A stretch of 64,000 nucleotides of DNA from an uncultured Clostridia bacterium (GCA_944332455.1 CALVJY010000010.1:170-64169); one strand, 5' to 3'; shown: positions 16,582-26,806, numbered from the stretch's first letter. Translations and numbers: made by a program. Notes: generated by a model from the sequence alone, not told the origin.

Positions 16582-19248
16582 ATGAATTTTTACGTCGTTT
16601 CCAGCACGCACTGGGATCGGGAATGGTACGATCCCTTCCAGAAGTACCGCTTCCGGCTGGTCCGCATGATGGACCACCTGCTGGAAGTGCTGGAAAGCCA
16701 TCCGGAGTATGCCTGCTTCCACCTGGACGGACAGACCGTGGTGATCGGGGACTATCTGGCCGTGCGGCCCGAAAACGCCGACCGGCTGAAGGCGCTGATC
16801 GAGGCCGGCCGCATCCAGATCGGCCCCTGGTACACCATGCCCGACGAGTGGCTGTGTTCGGGGGAGAGCCTGATCAAAAACCTGCAGACCGGATTTTCGG
16901 TCTGCGATCGGTACGGGGTGACCCCGCCGCCCTGCGGCTACATCTGCGACCTGTTCGGACACAACAGCCAGATGCCCCAGATCTTCCGGCAGTTCGGCCT
17001 GCGCTCCACCGCCTTCTTCCGGGGGGTGGAGGACACCCGCAAGGATCTGTTCCGCTGGGAGGGCGCCGACAAGTCCGAGGTGGTCTGCTTCAAGCTTCAC
17101 CGGGACTATGCCTACTCGACTTTTTACTTTGTGCTGCGCAAGCCCTTTGAAAAGAAGGAGTGGGACGAGGAAGAGCTCTGCCGGCGCTTTGCCGACTTTT
17201 TGGGGCGCGAGCGGGAGAACTTCGCCACCGAAAACGTGCTGCTCATCGACGGGGTGGACCACATCGACCCCGAGGAAAAGACCCCCTGGATCCTGGAGGT
17301 GCTGCGCAGGCATTTCCCCGAGCACACCTTTGTCCAGACCGGCATGGGCGAATACCTCCGGGCGGCCGAGGCCGACCTCGACAAGCTGGAAAAGCTGTCC
17401 GGCTGTCTGTACGAGGCCGCCGACGACGGCGTCAATCAGGCCGTTCTGAAAAACTGCGCCTCCTCCCTGGCCGACCAGAAGCAGGACAACGCCTTCTGCG
17501 AGACCCGGCTGGAGCGGCTGCTCTCCCCGCTCAACTTTCTGGTGCTCAATCTGCCCAAAAAGCCCCGGGAAAAGCATTTCCGCTCCGCGGCGCCCTACAA
17601 CGGCTTCTTCGAGGAGGCCTGGAAACTGCTCCTGCAGAATCACGCCCACGACTCCATCTGCGGCTGCTCGGTGACGCCCACCCACCGGGACACCAAGAAC
17701 CGCTTCAAGAACGCCCGGGAGATCGTGGAGGTCTGTTCGCAGAATCTGCTGGCAGAGCTGGCCGAGAACGCGGACACCGCCGGCGCGGGGCAGGACGGGA
17801 CCGACGCCTTCGTGATCTACAACCCCTCGCAGTGCGAGATCGACGGGGTGACGGCCGTGGAGCTGGATCTGCCCGTGGTCCCCGAAAGCTGGAATTACCG
17901 CTTCTTCGACGCCGAGGGCAACCGCTTGGACTACTGCGAGCTGGAGGCCGAGGACGTCCTGGTGCGGGACACCTCCTTTTCCACGCTGATCGACTTCATC
18001 CACACCCGCCGGGTCAAGATCACCCTGCCCCTTCATATCCCGGCCGGGGGATACCAGACCGTGTATCACAAGATCCTGGCCTCCGAGCGGGACCTCGAAA
18101 AGGGCTGGGAATTCCAACACTACGAGCACCCCTACCGCCCGGCCGGCAGCCAGCGCGTCCGGGGGCTGACCTTTGACAACGGCCCCCTGGAAGTGACCGT
18201 CTGCCCCAACGGCACCCTGCAGGTGAGGGTCAAGGAGACCGGCAGGACTTACCGGGATCTTCTGACCTTCGAGGACTGCGGAGACGTGGGGGACGGCTGG
18301 AACTACCTGCCGCCGGCCTTCGACAGCCGCATCCTCTCCTCGGCCTGCCCGGCCGACATCTCGGTGGAAAAGGATACCGCCTTCGTCACCGTGCTGAAGA
18401 TCGTCAGCCGCATGCGGATCCCCGCCGCCGCCGAGGGCGGAAAGCGGACCGAGGAGCGCAAGGACCTCTTCGTCGAGAGCCGGATCACCCTGAAAAAGGG
18501 GGACACCCGGATCGACGTGGAGACCCGGGTGGACAACGGCTGCAAAAATCACCGTCTGCGGGCGATGTTCCCCACAAATCTGAACTGCACGACCTTCCGC
18601 ACTTCCGTTCCCTTTGACTTCTATGCCTGGCCGGTGGCCAAGCGGGACAACACCTTTACCAAGGAGTACGATTCCGGCGTCAATCCCAACCAGGGCGCCA
18701 TGGCCCTGCGGGAGGGGAAGGACGTGTTCGCCCTCTACGACCTCGGCCAGTACGAGTGCGCCGTGGCCGACGACGCCGAGCGGACGGCCTATCTCACCCT
18801 GTTCCGCTCCTTCACCAACGAGGTGGGCAGCTTTTTCCACGAGGGACTGGGCAACCAGCTCGGGCCTCAGACCTTCCGCTACGCCATGGATTTTCTGACC
18901 GGGACCGAGGACTTCGAGATCCTCCGCCGGGCCGAGGCCTTCCGGCTGGGACTGTCCGCTCTCCGCACCGGCATCCACGGCGGGGCGCTGCCGGCCTGTC
19001 TGCAGGGCGTCCGGGTGGAGGGGAAGGCCGTGCTCTCCTTCCTGGCCTGCAGGGACGGGGTCAACACCCTCCGCCTTTTCGACGTCTCGGGGGGCGAGCG
19101 GGGCAAAGTGGCCTTCTTCCGCCCCGTCAAAAGGGCCTTCGCCGCCGATCTTCTGGGCAATCGCCTGGCCGAGCTTCGGGTGGAGGACGGCAAGATCTGC
19201 TACGAACTCTCCGACCGGCAGATCCTGACCATAGACTTCGAGTTCTGA
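16582..19248 (+). CDS. Glycoside hydrolase family 38 (alpha-mannosidase / MngB-like)
   Basis: 'STHWDREWY', 'FHLDGQT', 'IGPWYTMPDEWL', 'DLFGH', 'QNHAHDSICGCS'. RBS GAGGT. Confidence 0.92.
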   Translation: MNFYVVSSTHWDREWYDPFQKYRFRLVRMMDHLLEVLESHPEYACFHLDGQTVVIGDYLAVRPENADRLKALIEAGRIQIGPWYTMPDEWLCSGESLIKNLQTGFSVCDRYGVTPPPCGYICDLFGHNSQMPQIFRQFGLRSTAFFRGVEDTRKDLFRWEGADKSEVVCFKLHRDYAYSTFYFVLRKPFEKKEWDEEELCRRFADFLGRERENFATENVLLIDGVDHIDPEEKTPWILEVLRRHFPEHTFVQTGMGEYLRAAEADLDKLEKLSGCLYEAADDGVNQAVLKNCASSLADQKQDNAFCETRLERLLSPLNFLVLNLPKKPREKHFRSAAPYNGFFEEAWKLLLQNHAHDSICGCSVTPTHRDTKNRFKNAREIVEVCSQNLLAELAENADTAGAGQDGTDAFVIYNPSQCEIDGVTAVELDLPVVPESWNYRFFDAEGNRLDYCELEAEDVLVRDTSFSTLIDFIHTRRVKITLPLHIPAGGYQTVYHKILASERDLEKGWEFQHYEHPYRPAGSQRVRGLTFDNGPLEVTVCPNGTLQVRVKETGRTYRDLLTFEDCGDVGDGWNYLPPAFDSRILSSACPADISVEKDTAFVTVLKIVSRMRIPAAAEGGKRTEERKDLFVESRITLKKGDTRIDVETRVDNGCKNHRLRAMFPTNLNCTTFRTSVPFDFYAWPVAKRDNTFTKEYDSGVNPNQGAMALREGKDVFALYDLGQYECAVADDAERTAYLTLFRSFTNEVGSFFHEGLGNQLGPQTFRYAMDFLTGTEDFEILRRAEAFRLGLSALRTGIHGGALPACLQGVRVEGKAVLSFLACRDGVNTLRLFDVSGGERGKVAFFRPVKRAFAADLLGNRLAELRVEDGKICYELSDRQILTIDFEF

Positions 19249-19255
19249 GGCGGCA

Positions 19256-19596
19256 GGTGCCTGAGGCACACCCTGTACGCCCAGGTGCCGGCGGCACCGG
19301 GCAATACGCCCACTCTTGGCTAAGCGGGAATATGGAATTTGTTCCTGCAATCAGTTTTAGCCGATATGCGGGTGCCTGAAGGCACACCCTGTACGCCCAG
19401 GTGCCGGCGGCACCGGGCAATACGCCCACTCTTGGCTAAGCGGGAATATGGATTTTGTTCCTGCAATCAGTTTTAGCCGATATGCGGGAGCCTGAGGCAC
19501 ACCCTGAACGCCCAGGTGCCGGCGGCACCGGGCCATACGCCCACTCTTGGCTAAGCGGGAATATGGATTTTGTTCCTGCAATCAGTTTTAGCCGAT
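19256..19596. repeat. ~116-bp tandem repeat x3 (family A module, reverse orientation)
   Basis: Units start ~19256, 19371 and 19487. Each contains ACGCCCACTC...GTTCCTGCAA, the reverse complement of the GCAGGAAC...GAGTGGGCGT module. Confidence 0.95.
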
Positions 19597-19679
19597 CGGG
19601 AGGGGAAGACCCCTTCCCGCGCCCCGAGCGGGCGGACAAACGGAAACAGTGCCCGTTGGATCCGGGCAAGGAGGAAACC

Positions 19680-20636
19680 ATGACAGAGAAACAGAGATTT
19701 ATCAAGGCCCTGAAAAGGGAGCCGCTGACCGGCCACGTGCCCACCTTCGAACTGGTGTTTTTCCTCACCATGGAGGAATTGGGCAAAGTGCATCCCACCC
19801 ACCGGGCCTACTTCCAGTGGGACCAGATGAGCGCCCACGAGAAAAAGCTGCAGATCGCCGACATGGCCGACTGCTACGTCGAGGTGGCCAAGCGGTATCA
19901 CCACAGCGCCATCTTCATCCATCCCAACCCCGGCGACAAGGAGAACACCCTCCGCCTGCTGGAGCGCATCCGCGAGATCTCGGGGGACGAGTACTACATC
20001 ATGATGCACGGGGATCCCACCCTGCCCATCCCCACCGGGGACGACATGGTGGAGTTCTCGGCCCGGCTGTACGAGGATCCCGAGGGGGTCATCGCCGAAC
20101 AGCAGCAGAACATGAAGTGGGCCTTCGAAATGGCCGAGTACCTCAAAAAGAACGGGGGACTGCTGGACGGCTTCGCTCTCTGCTCGGACTACTGCTTCAA
20201 CGTCAACCCCTTCTACACCCCGACCATGTTCTCCGAACTCATCGCGCCCACCCTGGCCGAGGTCATCAAGGGTTACCACGACATGGGCTACTACGTCATC
20301 AAGCACACCGACGGCAACATCATGCCCATCGTGGACCAGATGGTGCAGTGCGGCCCCGACGCCCTCCACTCCCTGGATCCCCAGGGCGGCGTGGACCTGA
20401 AGTTCATGAAGGAGCACTACGGCGACAAGGTCTGCCTGGTCGGCAACGTCAACTGCGGCCTGCTGCAGACCGGTACCGACGAGGAAGTGGAGGCCGACGT
20501 CCGCCGGGCCCTGCGCGACGGCATGCCCGGGGGCGGCTACATCTTCTCGACCTCCAACTGCGTGTACACCGGCATGGACCTGGAGCGCTACCGCCTGATG
20601 AACCGCATCTGGTGGGAAGAGGGCATCTACAAATAA
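19680..20636 (+). CDS. Uroporphyrinogen decarboxylase (URO-D)/MtaA-like family protein
   Basis: 'HTDGNIMPI', 'LHSLDPQGGVD', 'CLVGNV..GLL..GT.EEV', 'GGGYIFSTSN'. RBS AAGGAGG. Confidence 0.85.
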   Translation: MTEKQRFIKALKREPLTGHVPTFELVFFLTMEELGKVHPTHRAYFQWDQMSAHEKKLQIADMADCYVEVAKRYHHSAIFIHPNPGDKENTLRLLERIREISGDEYYIMMHGDPTLPIPTGDDMVEFSARLYEDPEGVIAEQQQNMKWAFEMAEYLKKNGGLLDGFALCSDYCFNVNPFYTPTMFSELIAPTLAEVIKGYHDMGYYVIKHTDGNIMPIVDQMVQCGPDALHSLDPQGGVDLKFMKEHYGDKVCLVGNVNCGLLQTGTDEEVEADVRRALRDGMPGGGYIFSTSNCVYTGMDLERYRLMNRIWWEEGIYK

Positions 20637-20763
20637 GCCGAAACAAGGCACATTGTGAAGAGAGGATCCATAAAAGTGTGAGGGGATCCATAAATGAGCG
20701 GTATTGTAAGATAAACAAGAGGCACCCGGCGGGGCAGCGGTCATGTTGATCGCTGCCCCGCTC

Positions 20764-20876
20764 GCGGTATTTGCCTTATGGCAGGTATATTTGCCTTCGG
20801 CAAGTTTTATTTGCTTGACAGCAAGTTTTATTTTGCTTCCGCAAAGTGTTATTTCTCCCTTCGGGAGAAGTTTTGG
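20764..20876. repeat. Mini-hairpin array: 5 variable hairpins joined by 7-nt linkers (GCGGTAT/GGTATAT/GTTTTAT/GTGTTAT), period ~20-21 bp
   Basis: TGCC-TTAT-GGCA, TTGCC-TTC-GGCAA, TTGCT-TGAC-AGCAA, TTTGC-TTCC-GCAAA, TTCTCCC-TTC-GGGAGAA. Confidence 0.85.
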
Positions 20877-20920
20877 TAATATCCATAAAGGGCTTTTTTG
20901 GCGCAGACGGGGGGATTTGC

Positions 20921-20949
20921 TTTACAAAAGGGGAATTTCTCACTATAAT
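20921..20949 (+). promoter_or_regulatory. Sigma-A promoter of ileS
   Basis: TTTACA-17-TATAAT. Confidence 0.75.
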
Positions 20950-21080
20950 ATTAGCTAAGGCCTCGTGCGCTGTGCGAGGGCCTTTTTTGCCGACGCTCCG
21001 ATCTCAGCCGCAGCGGCATGCGGGCGGGGCCGGAACAGTTGAAAATTTTCGCTCCCGAAGGGGACGAGGTAAAAAGTTTT

Positions 21081-24000
21081 ATGGGATACAAAAAGGTAGA
21101 CGCAGGAATGGATTTCGGCCGGCGGGAGCTGGAGACGCTGAAGTTCTGGAAGGAACACAGGATCTTCGAAAAGACCCGCGAGCAGTCGGAGGGGAAGCCG
21201 GCCTTCACCTTCTACGACGGGCCGCCCACGGCCAACGGAAAGCCCCACATCGGGCACATCCTGACCCGGGTCATGAAGGACATCATTCCCCGCTACAAGA
21301 CCATGAAGGGCTTTTCGGTGCTGCGCAAGGCCGGCTGGGACACCCACGGCCTGCCCGTGGAGCTGGAGGTCGAAAAACTGCTCCAGCTGGACGGCAAGCA
21401 GGACATCGAAAAGTACGGCATCGAACCCTTTATCCAGAAGTGCAAGGAGAGCGTCTGGAAGTACAAGGGCGAGTGGGAGAGGATGTCCGACCGCGTGGGC
21501 TACTGGGTGGACATGGAACATCCCTACGTGACCTATGACGACACCTACATCGAGTCGGTGTGGTGGAGCCTGAAGCAGCTGGCCGACCGCGGGCTGATCT
21601 ACAAGGGCCACAAGGTGGTGCCCTACTGCCCCCGGTGCGGGACGGCGCTGTCCTCCCACGAGGTGGCCCAGGGCTACAAAGACGTGAAGGAAAAGTCGGT
21701 CTTTGCCAAGTTCCGCAAAAAGGGGGAGGAAAAGACCTTCTTCCTGGCCTGGACCACCACCCCCTGGACCCTGCCCTCCAACGTGGCCCTGTGCATGAAC
21801 GCAGACGAGGACTATGCCGAGATCGCCTGCAACGGCGAGCGCTACATCCTGGCCCGGGCGCTGGTCCCCTCCCTGTTCGAGGAGGGGAGCTACGAGGTCC
21901 TGTCCGTCCGCAAGGGCAGGGAATACGAGGGGGCGGAATATCTCCCCCTGTTTGACTGGGCCAGGCCGGACAAAAAGGCCTGCTACGTGGTCAACGACTC
22001 CTACGTCACCCTGACCGACGGCACCGGCATCGTACACATCGCCCCGGCCTTCGGCGAGGACGACGCCCGGGTGGGGCAGAAGTACGGCCTGCCCTTTGTG
22101 CAGCTGGTGAACGAGCGGGGCTGCTTCAAGCCCGAGGCCGCCCCCCTGTCCGGCATGTTCGCCAAGGAGGCCGACAAGGTGATCATCGGGCTTTTGAAGG
22201 AGTCCGGCGCTCTGTTCAAAGAGCAGCTCTACGAGCACAGCTATCCCTACTGCTGGCGGTGCGACACCCCCCTGATCTACTATGCCCGCTCGACCTGGTT
22301 CATCAAGGTCACCGCGGTCAAGGAGGAACTGCTGAAGGCCAACGCCTCGGTCAACTGGATCCCGCCCGCCATCGGCACCGGCCGCATGGGTAACTTCCTG
22401 GAAAACGTCATCGACTGGGGACTTTCCCGGGAGCGCTACTGGGGGACCCCGCTGCCCATCTGGGTGTGCGACAAGTGCGGCAAAATGCACGTCATGGGAA
22501 GCAAGGCCGAGCTAAAGGAAAAGTGCGGCCTGAGCGAAGATGTCGAACTTCACCGCCCCTACATCGACAAGCCCACCTTTGCCTGCGAGTGCGGCGGCAC
22601 CTTCCGGCGCACCCCCGAGGTCATCGACTGCTGGTACGACTCCGGCTCCATGCCCTTCGCCCAGCACCACTATCCCTTCGAAAACGAGGAACTTTTCAAG
22701 CGCAATTTCCCGGCCGACTTCATCTCGGAGGCCGTGGACCAGACCCGGGGGTGGTTCTACACCCTGCTGGCCATTTCCACCCTGCTCTTCGGGAAAGCAC
22801 CCTTCAAAAACTGCATCGTGCTCGGCCACGTCAACGACAAGAACGGGCAGAAGATGAGCAAGCACAAGGGCAACGTGGTGGACCCCTGGACGGTGCTGGA
22901 CAAGCAGGGCGCCGACGCCGTGCGCTGGTATTTTTACACCAATTCCAACCCCTGGCTGCCCTCCCGCTTCTATCCCGAGGCCGTGGACGAGGTCCAGCGC
23001 AAGTTTATGGGCACCCTGTGGAACACCTACGCCTTTTTCGTGCTGTACGCCGACATCGACAAGTTCGACCCCTCGGCCGTGCGGCTGGAGGACTGCAAGC
23101 TGAGCCTGATGGACCGCTGGGCGCTGTCCCGCCTGAACACCCTGATCGACGGGGTGGAGAAAGATCTGGACCGCTACGACATCACCTCGGCCGCCCGGGC
23201 CATCCAGGCCTTTACGGATGACCTCTCCAACTGGTACGTCCGCCGGGGCCGGGACCGCTACTGGGGCTCGGAGATGACCGAGGACAAAAAGGCGGCCTAT
23301 GCCACCTTGTACCACGTGCTGGTCACCCTGTCCGAAGTCATCGCGCCCTTCGTGCCCTTCATGGCCGAGAGCATCTATCAAAATCTGGTGCGCGGGTTCT
23401 TCCCCGACGCCCCCGAAAGCGTGCATCTTTGCACCTGGCCCCAGGCCGACCTCTCCCGGGTGGACCGGGCGCTGGAGGAGCGGATGGCGCAGGTGCTGAA
23501 CGCCGTGGTGCTGGGCCGCTCCTGCCGGAACGCTGCCAACCTCAAAAACCGGCAGCCGCTCTCCCGCATGTTCCTGGTCTCCGACCGGGCGGACCTTCCG
23601 GCCGAACTGCTGGCGCTGGCCGCAGACGAGCTGAACGTCAAAAAGATCGAGTATGTCAGGGAGGTCACCGACTACGTCTCCTACGAGCTCAAGCCGCAGC
23701 TGAAGACCCTCGGGCCCAAGTACGGCCCCCTGATCGGGAAGATCCGGGCATTTTTGGCCGAGTGCGACGCCCTGGCCGTGGTGTCTGCCGTCAGAGGCGG
23801 CGGCCTGTTCCGGGTGGAGCTGGACGGCAGAGAGGTGGAATTTGCCGAGGGCGATCTTCTGATCTCCTCCAAAAACAAGGAGGGCTTTGTGGCGGCCTCC
23901 GACCGCGGCATGACCGTGGTGCTGGACACCAACCTGACCCCCGAGCTGGTGGACGAGGGCCTGGCCCGCGAGATCGTCAGCAAGATCCAGACCATGCGCA

Positions 24001-24200
24001 AGGAGGCCGGTTTCGAGGTCACCGACCGCATCCGGGTCTGTTACCGCGCCGGGGAAGATCTCTCCCGGGTGCTGCGGGCATGGGGCCCCTCCATCGCCGA
24101 GGACGTGCTCTGCGACCGGCTGGAGGAGGGGGACGAGGGCTTTGCCAGGACCTGGGAGATCGGGGGCGAAAGCCTGACCCTGGCCCTCTCCAAAGTGTAG
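21081..24200 (+). CDS. ileS: Isoleucyl-tRNA synthetase, type 2
   Basis: 'FYDGPPTANGKPHIGH', 'GWDTHGLPVE', 'WTTTPWTLPSN', 'DWGLSRERYWG', 'KMSKH', type-2 C-terminus 'EGLAREIVSKIQTMRKEAGFEVTDRI'. Confidence 0.97.
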   Translation: MGYKKVDAGMDFGRRELETLKFWKEHRIFEKTREQSEGKPAFTFYDGPPTANGKPHIGHILTRVMKDIIPRYKTMKGFSVLRKAGWDTHGLPVELEVEKLLQLDGKQDIEKYGIEPFIQKCKESVWKYKGEWERMSDRVGYWVDMEHPYVTYDDTYIESVWWSLKQLADRGLIYKGHKVVPYCPRCGTALSSHEVAQGYKDVKEKSVFAKFRKKGEEKTFFLAWTTTPWTLPSNVALCMNADEDYAEIACNGERYILARALVPSLFEEGSYEVLSVRKGREYEGAEYLPLFDWARPDKKACYVVNDSYVTLTDGTGIVHIAPAFGEDDARVGQKYGLPFVQLVNERGCFKPEAAPLSGMFAKEADKVIIGLLKESGALFKEQLYEHSYPYCWRCDTPLIYYARSTWFIKVTAVKEELLKANASVNWIPPAIGTGRMGNFLENVIDWGLSRERYWGTPLPIWVCDKCGKMHVMGSKAELKEKCGLSEDVELHRPYIDKPTFACECGGTFRRTPEVIDCWYDSGSMPFAQHHYPFENEELFKRNFPADFISEAVDQTRGWFYTLLAISTLLFGKAPFKNCIVLGHVNDKNGQKMSKHKGNVVDPWTVLDKQGADAVRWYFYTNSNPWLPSRFYPEAVDEVQRKFMGTLWNTYAFFVLYADIDKFDPSAVRLEDCKLSLMDRWALSRLNTLIDGVEKDLDRYDITSAARAIQAFTDDLSNWYVRRGRDRYWGSEMTEDKKAAYATLYHVLVTLSEVIAPFVPFMAESIYQNLVRGFFPDAPESVHLCTWPQADLSRVDRALEERMAQVLNAVVLGRSCRNAANLKNRQPLSRMFLVSDRADLPAELLALAADELNVKKIEYVREVTDYVSYELKPQLKTLGPKYGPLIGKIRAFLAECDALAVVSAVRGGGLFRVELDGREVEFAEGDLLISSKNKEGFVAASDRGMTVVLDTNLTPELVDEGLAREIVSKIQTMRKEAGFEVTDRIRVCYRAGEDLSRVLRAWGPSIAEDVLCDRLEEGDEGFARTWEIGGESLTLALSKV

Positions 24201-24204
24201 ATCC

Positions 24205-25077
24205 ATGGAGATCTGCAGAGATTGGCGGGACTATGAGATCCTGGCCACCGGCGGCGGCCGGAAACTGGAGCGCTGGGGGCAGGTCTTCCTGCTCCGGCCC
24301 GATCCCCAGGCCATCTGGAAGCCCGCCTTTGATTTCGAGACCTTTCCCAAGCTGAACGCCCTCTACCGCCGCAGCGAGCGGGGCGGGGGAGAGTGGAAAA
24401 TTCTGCGGCCCTTCCCCCCGGAATGGACCGTCCGCTTCGAGGATCTGACCTTTCTGATCAAGCCCATGGGCTTCAAGCACACCGGGCTGTTTCCCGAACA
24501 GGCCGTCAACTGGCAGCGGATGCGGGCGCTGATCGCCTCGGCCGGCCGTCCGGTCTCGGTGCTCAACCTGTTCGCCTACACCGGCGGGGCCACAGCGGCC
24601 TGCCTGAAAGCCGGGGCCTCGGTCTGCCATGTGGACGCGGCCAAGGGCATGGTGGAGCGGGCAGGGCAGAACGTGGACCTTTCGGGGTGCGACCGCAGCC
24701 GTGCCCGGTTCATCGTGGACGACTGCTTCAAGTTCGTGGCCCGGGAGATCCGGCGGGGGCGGCGGTACGATGCCGTCATCATGGATCCCCCCAGCTACGG
24801 CCGCGGCCCCAACGGGGAGACCTGGAAGCTGGAGGACGGCCTGTACGACCTGGTGGCGCTCTGCCGGCAGGTGCTCTCCGACCGGCCGCTGTTCTTCCTG
24901 CTCAACAGCTACACCACCGGACTTCAGCCCGCGGTGCTGTCCGACATTCTGAACCTCTGCCTGAAGGACTTCCCGGGCAGGACCGAGGCCTACGAGGTCT
25001 GCCTGCCCACGGACGAGCCCGGCGTGGTGCTGCCCTGCGGGGCGACGGGGATCAGATACGCTGACGCTTCCGAATAA
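24205..25077 (+). CDS. Class I SAM-dependent methyltransferase (RlmI/RlmK-like)
   Basis: 'LNLFAYTGG', 'HVDAAK', 'MDPPSYG'. Confidence 0.88.
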   Translation: MEICRDWRDYEILATGGGRKLERWGQVFLLRPDPQAIWKPAFDFETFPKLNALYRRSERGGGEWKILRPFPPEWTVRFEDLTFLIKPMGFKHTGLFPEQAVNWQRMRALIASAGRPVSVLNLFAYTGGATAACLKAGASVCHVDAAKGMVERAGQNVDLSGCDRSRARFIVDDCFKFVAREIRRGRRYDAVIMDPPSYGRGPNGETWKLEDGLYDLVALCRQVLSDRPLFFLLNSYTTGLQPAVLSDILNLCLKDFPGRTEAYEVCLPTDEPGVVLPCGATGIRYADASE

Positions 25078-26032
25078 AATTCCGCTGAACGGAATTTTAT
25101 TCGGGTTTGAGGGGACAACCACGGTTCGCTTTGTATTTAACAAAGCTCTGCCGTGTTTTTCCCCTCTCAAAAGGCCCTGCCTTTTGATTCACCCCTTTCC
25201 TCCCGTGATTTTGCTCACCGCAAAACCACGATCGTGCAAAAGCCCGGCGCAGGTCCGGCCTTTTGCGAAACCAGATTTTTATGTCGATATGTTTGCCTTC
25301 GGCAAACTCGATATATGGCCTGACGGCCATTCGATATGCAAAGTTCCGCTGCGCTCACTTTGCTCGATATGTGCCGCTTTGCGGCACGTTGTGGACAGGC
25401 CATATAACAAAGAAATTTATAGACTCGTAACACATTGCTTTTTTACAAAGTCTATGAATTGCACCGGGCTTTCCATCTCGTTGCGACGATGGCGGGGCGG
25501 TAGCACCGCCGGGCAATACGCCCGTTCTTAAATAGACTTTATTTAAGAACTGTTCTCGCACCGGCTTTCTTGCCGCCATCGGACTCAATCGTGGTTTTGC
25601 GGTGAGCAAAACCACGGCGGAAAAGAGTGAATCAAAAGCGCGCAGCGGTTTTGAGAGAGAAAAACCGATGCAGAGCTTTCCCAAGGGGAAAGCGAACAGC
25701 GGTTTGTCTTTCAAGTCCGGCCGATTTTCGCTTTCGGCGAAAATCGCGTTTGGCCGGAATAAATCTCGTTGTGACGATGGCGGACATGCGCCGCCATCGG
25801 ACTCGATCCGGTCTTTTGCGGTGAGCAAAAGCCGGGGAGGAAAAGGGTGAAGCGCAGGCTTGCCGAAGCGAGGGAAAAACCGCGCAAAGCTGCACCAAAA
25901 GATTGCAGACAGCAGCAAAGTTTATTAAAAACAAAGATCATTTCAGAACTTAAAAATCGGACAGCGGGACGCGGTTTGTCCCTCAAGTCCGGCCAAAATT
26001 CGCTGTAAGCGAATTTTGCGTTTGGCCGGAGA
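25074..26032. repeat. Composite repeat region: family B copies in opposite orientations (25074-25262 and ~25560-26032) flanking a family A hairpin array (25283-25395)
   Basis: TTTTGATTCACC...TTGCTCACCGCAAA.CCACGAT matches 56779-56830. 25975-26032 is the reverse complement of 56601-56660. Confidence 0.85.
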
Positions 26033-26038
26033 ATTTTT

Positions 26039-26743
26039 ATGGATTGGGAACAGACGATCTTATTTGAAGACAACCACATTCTGGCGGCGGTCAAGCCGCA
26101 GAACATGCCGGCCCAGGAGGACGCCTCCGGGGATCCGGACTTTCTCAATGCCCTGAAGGGGTATCTGAAGGAAAAGTACCAAAAGCCCGGCAACGTGTTC
26201 CTGGGGCTGGTGCACCGGCTGGACCGGCCGACGGGCGGGGTGATGGTGTTTGCCAAGACCTCCAAGGCGGCGGCCCGCCTGAGCGCGGCCATCCGGGAGG
26301 GGGACATGGAAAAGGAATACCTGGCCGTCACCGTCAAAAAGCCGCCGGAGGAGAGGGCTCATCTGGTCCACTACCTCAAGAAGAACACCATCAACAACAC
26401 GGTGTATGTGGTGCCCCAGACCACGGCCGAGGCCAAGCGGGCCGAACTGATCTACACCTTTTTGCAGTCGGCGCCTCCCGTCCACCTGCTCAAAGTCGAG
26501 CTGCTGTCCGGCCGCTCCCATCAGATCCGGGTCCAGCTTTCGCACATCGGCTGCCCCATCTTCGGGGACCTGCGCTACGGCGGGGCCATCGCCAAGGGCT
26601 ACAACCTGGCGCTGTGGGCCTGCAAGCTCAAATTCACCCACCCCGTGACCGGGGACCGGATGGTCTTTGTGGCCTATCCGCCCGAGGAAGAGGAGCCCTG
26701 GAAGCGCTTTGACCTGCCCAGATTCCTGAAAATTTACAAATAA
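26039..26743 (+). CDS. RluA family pseudouridine synthase
   Basis: 'VHRLDRPTGGVMVFAK', 'GRSHQIR', 'PIFGDLRYG'. Confidence 0.92.
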   Translation: MDWEQTILFEDNHILAAVKPQNMPAQEDASGDPDFLNALKGYLKEKYQKPGNVFLGLVHRLDRPTGGVMVFAKTSKAAARLSAAIREGDMEKEYLAVTVKKPPEERAHLVHYLKKNTINNTVYVVPQTTAEAKRAELIYTFLQSAPPVHLLKVELLSGRSHQIRVQLSHIGCPIFGDLRYGGAIAKGYNLALWACKLKFTHPVTGDRMVFVAYPPEEEEPWKRFDLPRFLKIYK

Positions 26744-26777
26744 CCCCTTTTTTCCCGGAAACGACCGGGATATAAGA

Positions 26778-26806
26778 TTGACAAACGCAGGTAAAAAGTG
26801 TAAAAT
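26778..26806 (+). promoter_or_regulatory. Sigma-A promoter of the surface protein gene
   Basis: TTGACA-17-TAAAAT with TG extension. Confidence 0.8.

Noticed and set aside
19256-19596. CRISPR or type III antitoxin RNA array
   Set aside because: Near-identical 116-bp units without unique spacers, no adjacent toxin, and the unit is a dispersed repeat family member.
19680-20636. True hemE (uroporphyrinogen decarboxylase)
   Set aside because: Lacks the N-terminal RQAGR motif and any haem pathway context, so only fold-level membership is supported.
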